DNA from: the human T2T-CHM13v2.0 reference genome, Homo sapiens
Direction: 5' to 3' (one strand)
DNA: 64,000 nt
Assembly: GCF_009914755.1 (NCBI RefSeq)
Contig: NC_060925.1
Shown here in pieces: positions 43,401-59,500 of the stretch. Under the pieces are notes generated by a model that saw only the letters and a list, made by a program, of their open reading frames with translations, searched no databases and was not told where the DNA came from. Position 1 is the stretch's first letter, and each line of letters opens with the position of its first letter. The translations under genes were made by a program, and so were the position numbers.

Positions 43401-46400
43401 GAATCGAAGAGAATCATCGAATGGACCCGAATGGAATCATCTAATGGAATGGAATGGAATAATCCATGGACTCGAATGCAATCATCATCGAATGGAATCG
43501 AATGGAATCATCAAATGGACTCGAATGGAATAATCATTGAACGGAATCGAATGGAATCATCATCGGATGGAAATGAAAGGAGTCATCATCTAATGGAATT
43601 GCATGGAATCATCATAAAATGGAATCGAATGGAATCAACATCAAATGGAATCAAATGGAATCATTGAACGGAATTGAATGGAATCGTCATCGAATGAATT
43701 GAAAGCAATCATCGAATGGTCTCGAATGGAATCATCTTCAAATGGAATGGAATGGAATCATCGCATAGAATCGAATGGAATTATCATCGAATGGAATCGA
43801 ATGGAATCAACATCAAACGGAAAAAAACGGAATTATCGAATGGAATCGAAGAGAATCATCGAATGGACCCGAATGGAATCATCTAATGGAATGGAATGGA
43901 ATAATCCATGGACTCGAATGCAATCATCATCGAATGGAATCGAATGGAATCATCGAATGGACTCGAATGGAATAATCATTGAACGGAATAGAATGGAATC
44001 ATCATCGGATGGAAATGAATGGAATCATCATCGAATGGAATCGAATAGAATTATGGAATGAAATCCAGTGTGATCATCATCGAATGGACCCGAATGGAAT
44101 CATCATCCAACGGAAGCTAATGGAATCAACATCGAATGAATCAAATGGAAACACCATCGAATTGAAACGAATGGAATTACCATGAAATTGAAATGGATGG
44201 ACTCATCATCGAATGGATTCGAATGGAATCATCGAATAAAATTGATTGAAATCATCATCGAATGGAATCGAATGGTATCATTGAATGGAATCGAATGGAA
44301 TCATCATCAGATGGAAATGAATGGAATCGTCATAGAATGGAATCGAATGGATTAATTGAATGGAATCAGATGGAATCATCGAATGGACTGGAATGGAATC
44401 ATTGAATGGACTCGAAAGGGATCATTATTGAATGGAATTGAATGGAATCATCGAATGGTCTCGATTGGAATCATTATCAAATGGAATCGAATGGAATCAC
44501 CGAATAGAATCGAATGGAACAATCATCGAATGGACACAAATGGAATTATCCTCAAATGGAATCGAATGGAATTATCGAATGCAATCGAATGGAATTATCG
44601 AATGCAATCGAATAGAATCATCGAATGGACTCGAATGGAATCATCGAATGGAATGGAATGGAACAGTCAATGAACTCGAATGGAATCATCATTGAATGGA
44701 ATCGAATGGAATCATCGAGTGGAATCGAATGTAATCATCATCAAATGGAATCAAAAATAACCATCATCAAATGGAATCAAAAATAACCATCATCAATTGA
44801 TATTGAATGGAATTCTCATCAAATGGAATTCAAAGGAATCATCATCAAATGGAACCGAATGGAATCCTCATTGAATGGAAATGAAAGGGGTTATCATCTA
44901 ATGGAATCGCATGGAATCATCATAAAATGGAATCGAATGGAATCAACATCAAATGGAATCAAATGGAATCATTGAACGGAATTGAATGGAATCGTCATCG
45001 AATGAATTGAATGCAATCATCGAATGGTCTCGAATGGAATCATCTTCAAATGGAATGGAATGGAATCATCACATAGAATCGAATGGAATTATCATCGAAT
45101 GGAATCGAATGGAATCAACATCAAACGGAAAAAAACGGAATTATCGAATGCAATCGAAGAGAATCATCGAATGGACCCGAATGGAATCATCTAATGGAAT
45201 GGAATGGAATAATCCATGGACTCGAATGCAATCATCATCGAATGGAATCGAATGGAATCATCGAATGGACTCGAATGGAATAATCATTGAACGGAATCGA
45301 ATGGAATCATCATCGGATGGAAACGAATGGAATCATCATCGAATGGAATCAAATAGAATTATGGAATGAAATCCACTGTGATCATCATCGAATGGACCCG
45401 AATGGAATCATCATCCAACGGAAGCTAATGGAATCAACATCGAATGAATCACATGGAAACACCATCGAATTGAAACGAATGGAATTACCATGAAATTGAA
45501 ATGGATGGACTCATCATCAAATGGATTCGAATGGATTCATCAAATAAAATTGATTGAAATCATCATCGAATGGAATCGAATGGTATCATTGAATGGAATC
45601 GAATGGAATCATCATCAGATGGAAATGAATGGAATCGTTATAGAATGGAATCGAATGGATTCATTGAATGGAATCAGATGGAATCATTGAATGGACTGGA
45701 ATGGAATCATTGAATGGACTCGAAAGGGATCATTATTGAATGGAATTGAATGGAATCATCGAATGGTCTCGATTGGAATCATTATCAAATGGAATCGAAT
45801 GGAATCACCGAATAGAATCGAATGGAACAATCATCGAATGGACTCAAATGGAATTATCCTCCAATGGAATCGAATGGAATTATCGAATGCAATCGAATGG
45901 AATTATCGAATGCAATCGAATAGAATCATCGAATGGACTCGAATGGAATCATCGAATGGAATGGAATGGAACAGTCAATGAACTCGAATGGAATCATCAT
46001 TGAATGGAATCGAATGGAATCATCGAGTGGAATCGAAAGGAATTATGACCAAATGGAATCGAATGTAATCATCATCAAATGGAATCAAAAATAACCATCA
46101 TCAATTGGTATTGAATGGAATTGTCATCAAATGGAATTCAAAGGAATCATCATCAAATGGAACCGAATGGAATCCTCATTGAATGGAAATGAAAGGGGTC
46201 ATCATCTAATGGAATCGCATGGAATCATCATCAAATGGAATCGAATGGAATCATCATCAAATGGAATCAAATGGAATCATTGAACAGAATTGAATGGAAC
46301 GGTCATCGAATGAGTTGAATGCAATCATCGAATGGTCTCGAATGGAATCATCTTCTAATGGAAAGGAATGGAATCATCGCATAGAATCGAATGGAATTAT

Positions 46401-49400
46401 CATCGAATGGAATCGAATGGTATCAACACCAAACGGAAAAAAACGGAATTATCGAATGGAATCGAAGAGAATCTTCGAACGGACCCGAATGGAATCATCT
46501 AATGGAATGGAATGGAATAATCCATGGACTCGAATGCAATCATCATCGAATGGAATGGAATGGAATCATCGAATGGACTCGAATGGAATAATCATTGAAC
46601 GGAATCGAATGGAATCATCATCGGATGGAAACGAATGGAATCATCATCGAATGGAAATGAAAGGAGTCATCATCTAATGGAATTGCATGGAATCATTATA
46701 AAATGGAATCGAATGGAATCAACATCAAATGGAATCAAATGGAATCATTGAACGGAATTGAATGGAATCGTCATCGAATGAATTGAATGCAATCATCGAA
46801 TGGTCTCGAATGGAATCATCTTCAAATGGAATGGAATGGAATCATCGCATAGAATCGAATGGAATTATCATCGAATGGAATCGAATGGAATCAACATCAA
46901 ACGGAAAAAAACGGAATTATCGAATGGAATCGAAGAGAATCATCGAATGGACCCGAATGGAATCATCTAATGGAATGGAATGGAATAATCCATGGACTCG
47001 AATGCAATCATCATCGAATGGAATCGAATGGAATCATCGAATGGACTCGAATGGAATAATCATTGAACGGAATCGAATGGAATCATCATCGGATGGAAAC
47101 GAATGGAATCATCATCGAATGGAAATGAAAGGAGTCATCATCTAATGGAATTGCATGGAATCATCATAAAATGGAATCGAATGGAATCATCATCAAATGG
47201 AATCAAATGGAATCATTGAACGGAATTGAATGGAATCGTCATCGAATGAATTGAATGCAATCATCGAATGGTCTCGAATGGAATCATCTTCACATGGAAT
47301 GGAATGGAATCATCGCATAGAATCGAATGGAATTATCATCGAATGGAATCGAATGGTATCAACATCAAACGGAAAAAAACGGAATTATCGAATGGAATCA
47401 AAGAGAATCTTCGAACAGACCCGAATGGAATCATCTAATGGAATGGAATGGAATAATCCATGGACTCGAATGCAATCATCATCGAATGGAATCGAATGGA
47501 ATCATTGAAAGGACTCGAATGGAATAATCATTGAACGGAATCGAATGGAATCATCATCGGATGGAAATGAATGGAATCATCATCGAATGGAATCGAATAG
47601 AATTATGGAATGAAATCCAGTGTGATCATCATCGAATGGACCCGAATGGAATCATCATCCAACGGAAGCTAATGGAATCAACATCCAATGAATCGAATGG
47701 AAACACCATCGAATTGAAACGAATGGAATTATCATGAAATTGAAATGGATGGACTCATCATCGAATGGATTCGAATGGAATCATCGAATAAAATTGATTG
47801 AAATCATCATCGAATGGAATCGAATGGTATCATTGAATGGAATCGAATGGAATCATCATCAGATGGAAATGAATGGAATCGTCATAGAATGGAATCGAAT
47901 GGATTCATTGAATGGAATCAGATGGAATCATCGAATGGACTGGAATGGAATCATTGAATGGACTCGAAAGGGATCATTATTGAATGGAATTGAATGGAAT
48001 CATCGAATGGTCTCGATTGGAATCATTATCAAATGGAATCGAATGGAATCACCGAATAGAATCGAATGGAACAATCATCGAATGGACTCAAATGGAATTA
48101 TCCTCAAATAGAATCGAATGGAATTATCGAATGCAATCGAATGGAATTATCGAATGCAATCGAATAGAATCATCGAATGGACTCGAATGGAATCATCGAA
48201 TGGAATGGAATGGAACAGTCAATAAACTCGAATGGAATCATCATTGAATGGAATCGAATGGAATCATCGAGTGGAATCGAATGGAATTATGATCAAATGG
48301 AATCGAATGTAATCATCATCAAATGGAATCAAAAATAACCATCATCAATTGGTATTGAATGGAATTGTCATCAAATGGAATTCAAAGGAATCATCATCAA
48401 ATGGAACCGAATGGAATCCTCATTGAATGGAAATGAAAGGGGTCATCATCTAATGGAATCGCATGGAATCATCATCAAACGGAATCGAATGGAATCATCA
48501 TCAAATGGAATCGAATGGAATCATTGAAAGAATTGAATGGAATCATCATCGAATGAATTGAATGCAATCATCGAATGGTCTCGAATGGAATCATCTTCTA
48601 ATGGAAAGGAATGGAATCATCGCATAGAATCGAATGGAATTATCATCGAATGGAATCGAATGGTATCAACACCGAACGGAAAAAAACGGAATTATCGAAT
48701 GGAATCGAAGAGAATCTTCGAACGGACCCGAATGGAATCATCTAATGGAATGGAATGGAATAATCCATGGAGTCGAATGCAATCATCATCGAATGGAATC
48801 GAATGGAATCATCGAATGGACTCGAATGGAATAATCATTGAACGGAATCGAATGGAATCATCATCGGATGGAAACGAATGGAATCATCATCGAATGGAAA
48901 TGAAAGGAGTCATCATCTAATGGAATTGCATGGAATCATCATCAAATGGAATCGAATGGAATCAACATCAAATGGAATCAAATGGAATCATTGAACGGAA
49001 TTGAATGGAATCGTCATCGAATGAATTGAATGCAATCATCGAATGGTCTCGAATGGAATCATCTTCAAATGGAATGGAATGGAATCATCGCATAGAATCG
49101 AATGGAATTATCATCGAATGGAATCGAATGGAATCAACATCACACGGAAAAAAACGGAATTATCGAATGGAATCGAAGAGAATCATCGAATGGACCCGAA
49201 TGGAATCATCTAATGGAATGGAATGGAATAATCCATGGACTCGAATGCAATCATCATCGAATGGAATCGAATGGAATCATCGAATGGACTCGAATGGAAT
49301 AATCATTGAACGGAATCGAATGGAATCATCATCGGATGGAAATGAATGGAATCATCATCGAATGGAATCGAATAGAATTATGGAATGAAATCCAGTGTGA

Positions 49401-52400
49401 TCATCATCGAATGGACCCGAATGGAATCATCATCCAACGGAAGCTAATGGAATCAACATCGAATGAATCAAATGGAAACACCATCGAATTGAAACGAATG
49501 GAATTACCATGAAATTGAAATGGATGGACTCATCCTCAAATGGATTCGAGTGGAATCATCAAATAAAATTGATTGAAATCATCATCGAATGGAATCGAAT
49601 GGTATCATTGAATGGAATCGAATGGAATCATCATCAGATGGAAATGAAAGGAATCGTCATAGAATGGAATCGAATGGATTCATTGAATGGAATCAGATGG
49701 AATCATTGAATGGACTGGAATGGAATCATTGAATGTACTCGAAAGGGATCATGATTGAATGGAATTGAATGGAATCATCGAATGGTCTCGATTGGAATCA
49801 TTATCAAATGGAATCGAATGGAATCACCGAATAGAATCGAATGGAACAATCATCTAATGGACTCAAATGGAATTATCCTCAAATGGAATCGAATGGAATT
49901 ATCGAATGCAATCGAATGGAATTATCGAATGCAATCGAAGAGAATCATCGAATGGACTCGAATGGAATCATCGAATGGAATGGAATGGAACAGTCAATGA
50001 ACTCGAATGGAATCATCATTGAATGGAATCGAATGGAATCATCGAGTGGAATCGAATGGAATTATGATCAAATGGAATCGAATGTAATCATCATCAAATG
50101 GAATCAAAAATAACCATCATCAATTGGTATTGAATGGAATTCTCATCAAATGGAATTCAAAGGAATCATCATCAAATGGAACCGAATGGAATCCTCATTG
50201 AATGGAAATGAAAGGGGTCATCATCTAATGGAATCGCATGGAATCATCATCAAATGGAATCGAATGGAATCAACATCAAATGGAATCTAATGGAATCATT
50301 GAACGGAATTGAATGGAATCGTCATCGAATGAATTGAATGCAATCATCGAATGGTCTCGAATGGAATCATCTTCAAATGGAATGGAATGGAATCATCGCA
50401 TAGAATCGAATGGAATTATCATCGAATGGAATCGAATGGAATCAACATCAAACGGAAAAAAACGGAATTATCGAATGGAATCGAAGAGAATCTTCGAACG
50501 GACCCGAATGGAATCATCTAATGGAATGGAATGGAATAATCCATGGACTCGAATGCAATCATCATCGAATGGAATCGAATGGAATCATCGAATGGACTCG
50601 AATGGAATAATCATTGAACGGAATCGAATGGAATCATCATCGGATGGAAACGAATGGAATCATCATCGAATGGAAATGAAAGGAGTCATCATCTAATGGA
50701 ATTGCATGGAATCATCATAAAATGGAATCGAATGGAATCAACATCAAATGGAATCAAATGGAATCATTGAACGGAATTGAATGGAATCGTCATCGAATGA
50801 ATTGAATGCAATCATCGAATGGTCTCGAATGGAATCATCTTCAAATGGAATGGAATGGAATCATCGCATAGAATCGAATGGAATTATCATCGAATGGAAT
50901 CGAATGGAATCAACATCAAACGGAAAAAAACGGAATTATCGAATGGAATCGAAGAGAATCATCGAATGGACCCGAATGGAATCATCTAATGGAATGGAAT
51001 GGAATAATCCATGGACTCGAATGCAATCATCATCGAATGGAATCGAATGGAATCATCAAATGGACTCGAATGGAATAATCATTGAACGGAATCGAATGGA
51101 ATCATCATCGGATGGAAATGAAAGGAGTCATCATCTAATGGAATTGCATGGAATCATCATAAAATGGAATCGAATGGAATCAACATCAAATGGAATCAAA
51201 TGGAATCATTGAACGGAATTGAATGGAATCGTCATCGAATGAATTGAAAGCAATCATCGAATGGTCTCGAATGGAATCATCTTCAAATGGAATGGAATGG
51301 AATCATCGCATAGAATCGAATGGAATTATCATCGAATGGAATCGAATGGAATCAACATCAAACGGAAAAAAACGGAATTATCGAATGGAATCGAAGAGAA
51401 TCATCGAATGGACCCGAATGGAATCATCTAATGGAATGGAATGGAATAATCCATGGACTCGAATGCAATCATCATCGAATGGAATCGAATGGAATCATCG
51501 AATGGACTCGAATGGAATAATCATTGAACGGAATAGAATGGAATCATCATCGGATGGAAATGAATGGAATCATCATCGAATGGAATCGAATAGAATTATG
51601 GAATGAAATCCAGTGTGATCATCATCGAATGGACCCGAATGGAATCATCATCCAACGGAAGCTAATGGAATCAACATCGAATGAATCAAATGGAAACACC
51701 ATCGAATTGAAACGAATGGAATTACCATGAAATTGAAATGGATGGACTCATCATCGAATGGATTCGAATGGAATCATCGAATAAAATTGATTGAAATCAT
51801 CATCGAATGGAATCGAATGGTATCATTGAATGGAATCGAATGGAATCATCATCAGATGGAAATGAATGGAATCGTCATAGAATGGAATCGAATGGATTAA
51901 TTGAATGGAATCAGATGGAATCATCGAATGGACTGGAATGGAATCATTGAATGGACTCGAAAGGGATCATTATTGAATGGAATTGAATGGAATCATCGAA
52001 TGGTCTCGATTGGAATCATTATCAAATGGAATCGAATGGAATCACCGAATAGAATCGAATGGAACAATCATCGAATGGACACAAATGGAATTATCCTCAA
52101 ATGGAATCGAATGGAATTATCGAATGCAATCGAATGGAATTATCGAATGCAATCGAATAGAATCATCGAATGGACTCGAATGGAATCATCGAATGGAATG
52201 GAATGGAACAGTCAATGAACTCGAATGGAATCATCATTGAATGGAATCGAATGGAATCATCGAGTGGAATCGAATGTAATCATCATCAAATGGAATCAAA
52301 AATAACCATCATCAAATGGAATCAAAAATAACCATCATCAATTGATATTGAATGGAATTCTCATCAAATGGAATTCAAAGGAATCATCATCAAATGGAAC

Positions 52401-55400
52401 GGAATGGAATCCTCATTGAATGGAAATGAAAGGGGTTATCATCTAATGGAATCGCATGGAATCATCATAAAATGGAATCGAATGGAATCAACATCAAATG
52501 GAATCAAATGGAATCATTGAACGGAATTGAATGGAATCGTCATCGAATGAATTGAATGCAATCATCGAATGGTCTCGAATGGAATCATCTTCAAATGGAA
52601 TGGAATGGAATCATCACATAGAATCGAATGGAATTATCATCGAATGGAATCGAATGGAATCAACATCAAACGGAAAAAAACGGAATTATCGAATGCAATC
52701 GAAGAGAATCATCGAATGGACCCGAATGGAATCATCTAATGGAATGGAATGGAATAATCCATGGACTCGAATGCAATCATCATCGAATGGAATCGAATGG
52801 AATCATCGAATGGACTCGAATGGAATAATCATTGAACGGAATCGAATGGAATCATCATCGGATGGAAACGAATGGAATCATCATCGAATGGAATCAAATA
52901 GAATTATGGAATGAAAGCCACTGTGATCATCATCGAATGGACCCGAATGGAATCATCATCCAACGGAAGCTAATGGAATCAACATCGAATGAATCACATG
53001 GAAACACCATCGAATTGAAACGAATGGAATTACCATGAAATTGAAATGGATGGACTCATCATCAAATGGATTCGAATGGATTCATCAAATAAAATTGATT
53101 GAAATCATCATCGAATGGAATCGAATGGTATCATTGAATGGAATCGAATGGAATCATCATCAGATGGAAATGAATGGAATCGTTATAGAATGGAATCGAA
53201 TGGATTCATTGAATGGAATCAGATGGAATCATTGAATGGACTGGAATGGAATCATTGAATGGACTCGAAAGGGATCATTATTGAATGGAATTGAATGGAA
53301 TCATCGAATGGTCTCGATTGGAATCATTATCAAATGGAATCGAATGGAATCACCGAATAGAATCGAATGGAACAATCATCGAATGGACTCAAATGGAATT
53401 ATCCTCCAATGGAATCGAATGGAATTATCGAATGCAATCGAATGGAATTATCGAATGCAATCGAATAGAATCATCGAATGGACTCGAATGGAATCATCGA
53501 ATGGAATGGAATGGAACAGTCAATGAACTCGAATGGAATCATCATTGAATGGAATCGAATGGAATCATCGAGTGGAATCGAAAGGAATTATGACCAAATG
53601 GAATCGAATGTAATCATCATCAAATGGAATCAAAAATAACCATCATCAATTGGTATTGAATGGAATTGTCATCAAATGGAATTCAAAGGAATCATCATCA
53701 AATGGAACCGAATGGAATCCTCATTGAATGGAAATGAAAGGGGTCATCATCTAATGGAATCGCATGGAATCATCATCAAATGGAATCGAATGGAATCATC
53801 ATCAAATGGAATCAAATGGAATCATTGAACAGAATTGAATGGAACGGTCATCGAATGAGTTGAATGCAATCATCGAATGGTCTCGAATGGAATCATCTTC
53901 TAATGGAAAGGAATGGAATCATCGCATAGAATCGAATGGAATTATCATCGAATGGAATCGAATGGTATCAACACCAAACGGAAAAAAACGGAATTATCGA
54001 ATGGAATCGAAGAGAATCTTCGAACGGACCCGAATGGAATCATCTAATGGAATGGAATGGAATAATCCATGGACTCGAATGCAATCATCATCGAATGGAA
54101 TCGAATGGAATCATCGAATGGACTCGAATGGAATAATCATTGAACGGAATCGAATGGAATCATCATCGGATGGAAACGAATGGAATCATCATCGAATGGA
54201 AATGAAAGGAGTCATCATCTAATGGAATTGCATGGAATCATTATAAAATGGAATCGAATGGAATCAACATCAAATGGAATCAAATGGAATCATTGAACGG
54301 AATTGAATGGAATCGTCATCGAATGAATTGAATGCAATCATCGAATGGTCTCGAATGGAATCATCTTCAAATGGAATGGAATGGAATCATCGCATAGAAT
54401 CGAATGGAATTATCATCGAATGGAATCGAATGGAATCAACATCAAACGGAAAAAAACGGAATTATCGAATGGAATCGAAGAGAATCATCGAATGGACCCG
54501 AATGGAATCATCTAATGGAATGGAATGGAATAATCCATGGACTCGAATGCAATCATCATCGAATGGAATCGAATGGAATCATCGAATGGACTCGAATGGA
54601 ATAATCATTGAACGGAATCGAATGGAATCATCATCGGATGGAAACGAATGGAATCATCATCGAATGGAAATGAAAGGAGTCATCATCTAATGGAATTGCA
54701 TGGAATCATCATAAAATGGAATCGAATGGAATCATCATCAAATGGAATCAAATGGAATCATTGAACGGAATTGAATGGAATCGTCATCGAATGAATTGAA
54801 TGCAATCATCGAATGGTCTCGAATGGAATCATCTTCACATGGAATGGAATGGAATCATCGCATAGAATCGAATGGAATTATCATCGAATGGAATCGAATG
54901 GTATCAACATCAAACGGAAAAAAACGGAATTATCGAATGGAATCAAAGAGAATCTTCGAACGGACCCGAATGGAATCATCTAATGGAATGGAATGGAATA
55001 ATCCATGGACTCGAATGCAATCATCATCGAATGGAATCGAATGGAATCATTGAAAGGACTCGAATGGAATAATCATTGAACGGAATCGAATGGAATCATC
55101 ATCGGATGGAAATGAATGGAATCATCATCGAATGGAATCGAATAGAATTATGGAATGAAATCCAGTGTGATCATCATCGAATGGACCCGAATGGAATCAT
55201 CATCCAACGGAAGCTAATGGAATCAACATCCAATGAATCGAATGGAAACACCATCGAATTGAAACGAATGGAATTATCATGAAATTGAAATGGATGGACT
55301 CATCATCGAATGGATTCGAATGGAATCATCGAATAAAATTGATTGAAATCATCATCGAATGGAATCGAATGGTATCATTGAATGGAATCGAATGGAATCA

Positions 55401-56523
55401 TCATCAGATGGAAATGAATGGAATCGTCATAGAATGGAATCGAATGGATTCATTGAATGGAATCAGATGGAATCATCGAATGGACTGGAATGGAATCATT
55501 GAATGGACTCGAAAGGGATCATTATTGAATGGAATTGAATGGAATCATCGAATGGTCTCGATTGGAATCATTATCAAATGGAATCGAATGGAATCACCGA
55601 ATAGAATCGAATGGAACAATCATCGAATGGACTCAAATGGAATTATCCTCAAATAGAATCGAATGGAATTATCGAATGCAATCGAATGGAATTATCGAAT
55701 GCAATCGAATAGAATCATCGAATGGACTCGAATGGAATCATCGAATGGAATGGAATGGAACAGTCAATAAACTCGAATGGAATCATCATTGAATGGAATC
55801 GAATGGAATCATCGAGTGGAATCGAATGGAATTATGATCAAATGGAATCGAATGTAATCATCATCAAATGGAATCAAAAATAACCATCATCAATTGGTAT
55901 TGAATGGAATTGTCATCAAATGGAATTCAAAGGAATCATCATCAAATGGAACCGAATGGAATCCTCATTGAATGGAAATGAAAGGGGTCATCATCTAATG
56001 GAATCGCATGGAATCATCATCAAACGGAATCGAATGGAATCATCATCAAATGGAATCGAATGGAATCATTGAAAGAATTGAATGGAATCATCATCGAATG
56101 AATTGAATGCAATCATCGAATGGTCTCGAATGGAATCATCTTCTAATGGAAAGGAATGGAATCATCGCATAGAATCGAATGGAATTATCATCGAATGGAA
56201 TCGAATGGTATCAACACCAAACGGAAAAAAACGGAATTATCGAATGGAATCGAAGAGAATCTTCGAACGGACCCGAATGGAATCATCTAATGGAATGGAA
56301 TGGAATAATCCATGGAGTCGAATGCAATCATCATCGAATGGAATCGAATGGAATCATCGAATGGACTCGAATGGAATAATCATTGAACGGAATCGAATGG
56401 AATCATCATCGGATGGAAATGAAAGGAGTCATCATCTAATGGAATTGCATGGAATCATCATCAAATGGAATCGAATGGAATCAACATCAAATGGAATCAA
56501 ATGGAATCATTGAACAGAATTGA
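37441..56523 (+). repeat. Tandem ~2.5 copies of the 7545-bp higher-order repeat
   Basis: Equivalent landmarks: 37441/44986/52531, 38749/46294/53839, 39685/47230/54775, 41460/49005, 43236/50781, all exactly 7545 apart. The final copy is 7519 bp because of an extra 26-bp deletion. Confidence 0.92.
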
Positions 56524-59500
56524 ATGGAATCGTCATCGAATGAATTGAATGCAATCATCGAATGGTCTCGAATGGAATCATCTTCAAATGGAATGGAATG
56601 GAATCATCGCATAGAATCGAATGGAATTATCATCGAATGGAATCGAATGGAATCAACATCAAACGGAAAAAAACGGAATTATCGAATGGAATCGAAGAGA
56701 ATCATCGAATGGACCCGAATGGAATCATCTAATGGAATGGAATGGAATAATCCATGGACTCGAATGCAATCATCATCGAATGGAATCGAATGGAATCATC
56801 GAATGGACTCGAATGGAATAATCATTGAACGGAATCGAATGGAATCATCATCGGATGGAAATGAATGGAATCATCATCGAATGGAATCGAATAGAATTAT
56901 GGAATGAAATCCAGTGTGATCATCATCGAATGGACCCGAATGGAATCATCATCCAACGGAAGCTAATGGAATCAACATCGAATGAATCAAATGGAAACAC
57001 CATCGAATTGAAACGAATGGAATTACCATGAAATTGAAATGGATGGACTCATCCTCAAATGGATTCGAGTGGAATCATCAAATAAAATTGATTGAAATCA
57101 TCATCGAATGGAATCGAATGGTATCATTGAATGGAATCGAATGGAATCATCATCAGATGGAAATGAAAGGAATCGTCATAGAATGGAATCGAATGGATTC
57201 ATTGAATGGAATCAGATGGAATCATTGAATGGACTGGAATGGAATCATTGAATGGACTCGAAAGGGATCATTATTGAATGGAATTGAATGGAATCATCGA
57301 ATGGTCTCGATTGGAATCATTATCAAATGGAATCGAATGGAATCACCAAATAGAATCGAATGGAACAATCATCGAATGGACTCAAATGGAATTATCCTCA
57401 AATGGAATTGAATGGAATTATCGAATGCAATCGAATGGAATTATCGAATGCAATCGAATAGAATCATCGAATGGACTCGAATGGAATCATCGAATGGAAT
57501 GGAATGGAACAGTCAATGAACTCGAATGGAATCATCATTGAATGGAATCGAATGGAATCATCGAGTGGAATCGAATGTAATCATCATCAAATGGAATCAA
57601 AAATAACCATCATCAAATGGAATCAAAAATAACCATCATCAATTGGTATTGAATGGAATTCTCATCAAATGGAATTCAAAGGAATCATCATCAAATGGAA
57701 CCGAATGGAATCCTCATTGAATGGAAATGAAAGGGGTCATCATCTAATGGAATCGCATGGAATCATCATCAAATGGAATCGAATGGAATCAACATCAAAT
57801 GGAATCAAATGGAATCATTGAACGGAATTGAATGGAATCGTCATCGAATGAATTGAATGCAATCATCGAATGGTCTCGAATGGAATCATCTTCAAATGGA
57901 ATGGAATGGAATCATCGCATAGAATCGAATGGAATTTTCATCGAATGGAATCGAATGGAATCAACATCAAACGGAAAAAAACGGAATTATCGAATGGAAT
58001 CGAAGAGAATCACCGAATGGACCCGAATGGAATCATCTAATGGAATGGAATGGAATAATCCATGGACTCGAATGCAATCATCATCGAATGGAATCGAATG
58101 GAATCATCGAATGGACTCGAATGGAATAATCATTGAACGGAATCGAATGGAATCATCATCGGATGGAAATGAATGGAATCATCATCGAATGGAATCGAAT
58201 AGAATTATGGAATGAAATCCAGTGTGATCATCATCGAATGGACCCGAATGGAATCATCATCCAACGGAAGCTAATGGAATCAACATCGAATGAATCAAAT
58301 GGAAACACCATCGAATTGAAACGAATGGAATTACCATGAAATTGAAATGGATGGACTCATCCTCAAATGGATTCGAGTGGAATCATCGAATAAATTTGAT
58401 TGAAATCATCATCGAATGGAATCGAATGGTATCATTGAATGGAATCGAATGGAATCATCATCAGATGGAAATGAAAGGAATCGTCATAGAATGGAATCGA
58501 ATGGATTCATTGAATGGAATCAGATGGAATCATTGAATGGACTGGAATGGAATCATTGAATGGACTCGAAAGGGATCATTATTGAATGGAATTGAATGGA
58601 ATCATCGAATGGTCTCGATTGGAATCATTATCAAATGGAATCGAATGGAATCACCGAATAGAATCGAATGGAACAATCATCGAATGGACTCAAATGGAAT
58701 TATCCTCAAATGGAATTGAATGGAATTATCGAATGCAATCGAATGGAATTATCGAATGCAATCGAATAGAATCATCGAATGGACTCGAATGGAATCATCG
58801 AATGGAATGGAATGGAACAGTCAATGAACTCGAATGGAATCATCATTGAATGGAATCGAATGGAATCATCGAGTGGAATCGAATGTAATCATCATCAAAT
58901 GGAATCAAAAATAACCATCATCAAATGGAATCAAAAATAACCATCATCAATTGGTATTGAATGGAATTCTCATCAAATGGAATTCAAAGGAATCATCATC
59001 AAATGGAACCGAATGGAATCCTCATTGAATGGAAATGAAAGGGGTCTTCATCTAATGGAATCGCATGGAATCATCATAAAATGGAATCGAATGGAATCAA
59101 CATCAAATGGAATCAAATGGAATAATTGAACGGAATTGAATGGAATCGTCATCGAATGAATTGAATGCAATCATCGAATGGTCTCGAATGGAATCATCTT
59201 CAAATGGAATGGAATGGAATCATCGCATAGAATCGAAAGGAATTATCATCGAATGGAATCGAATGGAATCAACAGCAAACGGAAAAAACGGAATTATCGA
59301 ATGGAATCGAAGAGAATCATCGAATGGACCCGAATGGAATCATCTAATGGAATGGAATGGAATAATCCATGGACTCGAATGCAATCATCATCGAATGGAA
59401 TCGAATGGAATCATCCAATGGACTCGAATGGAATAATCATTGAACGGAATCGAATGGAATCATCATCGGATGGAAATGAATGGAATCATCATCGAATGGA

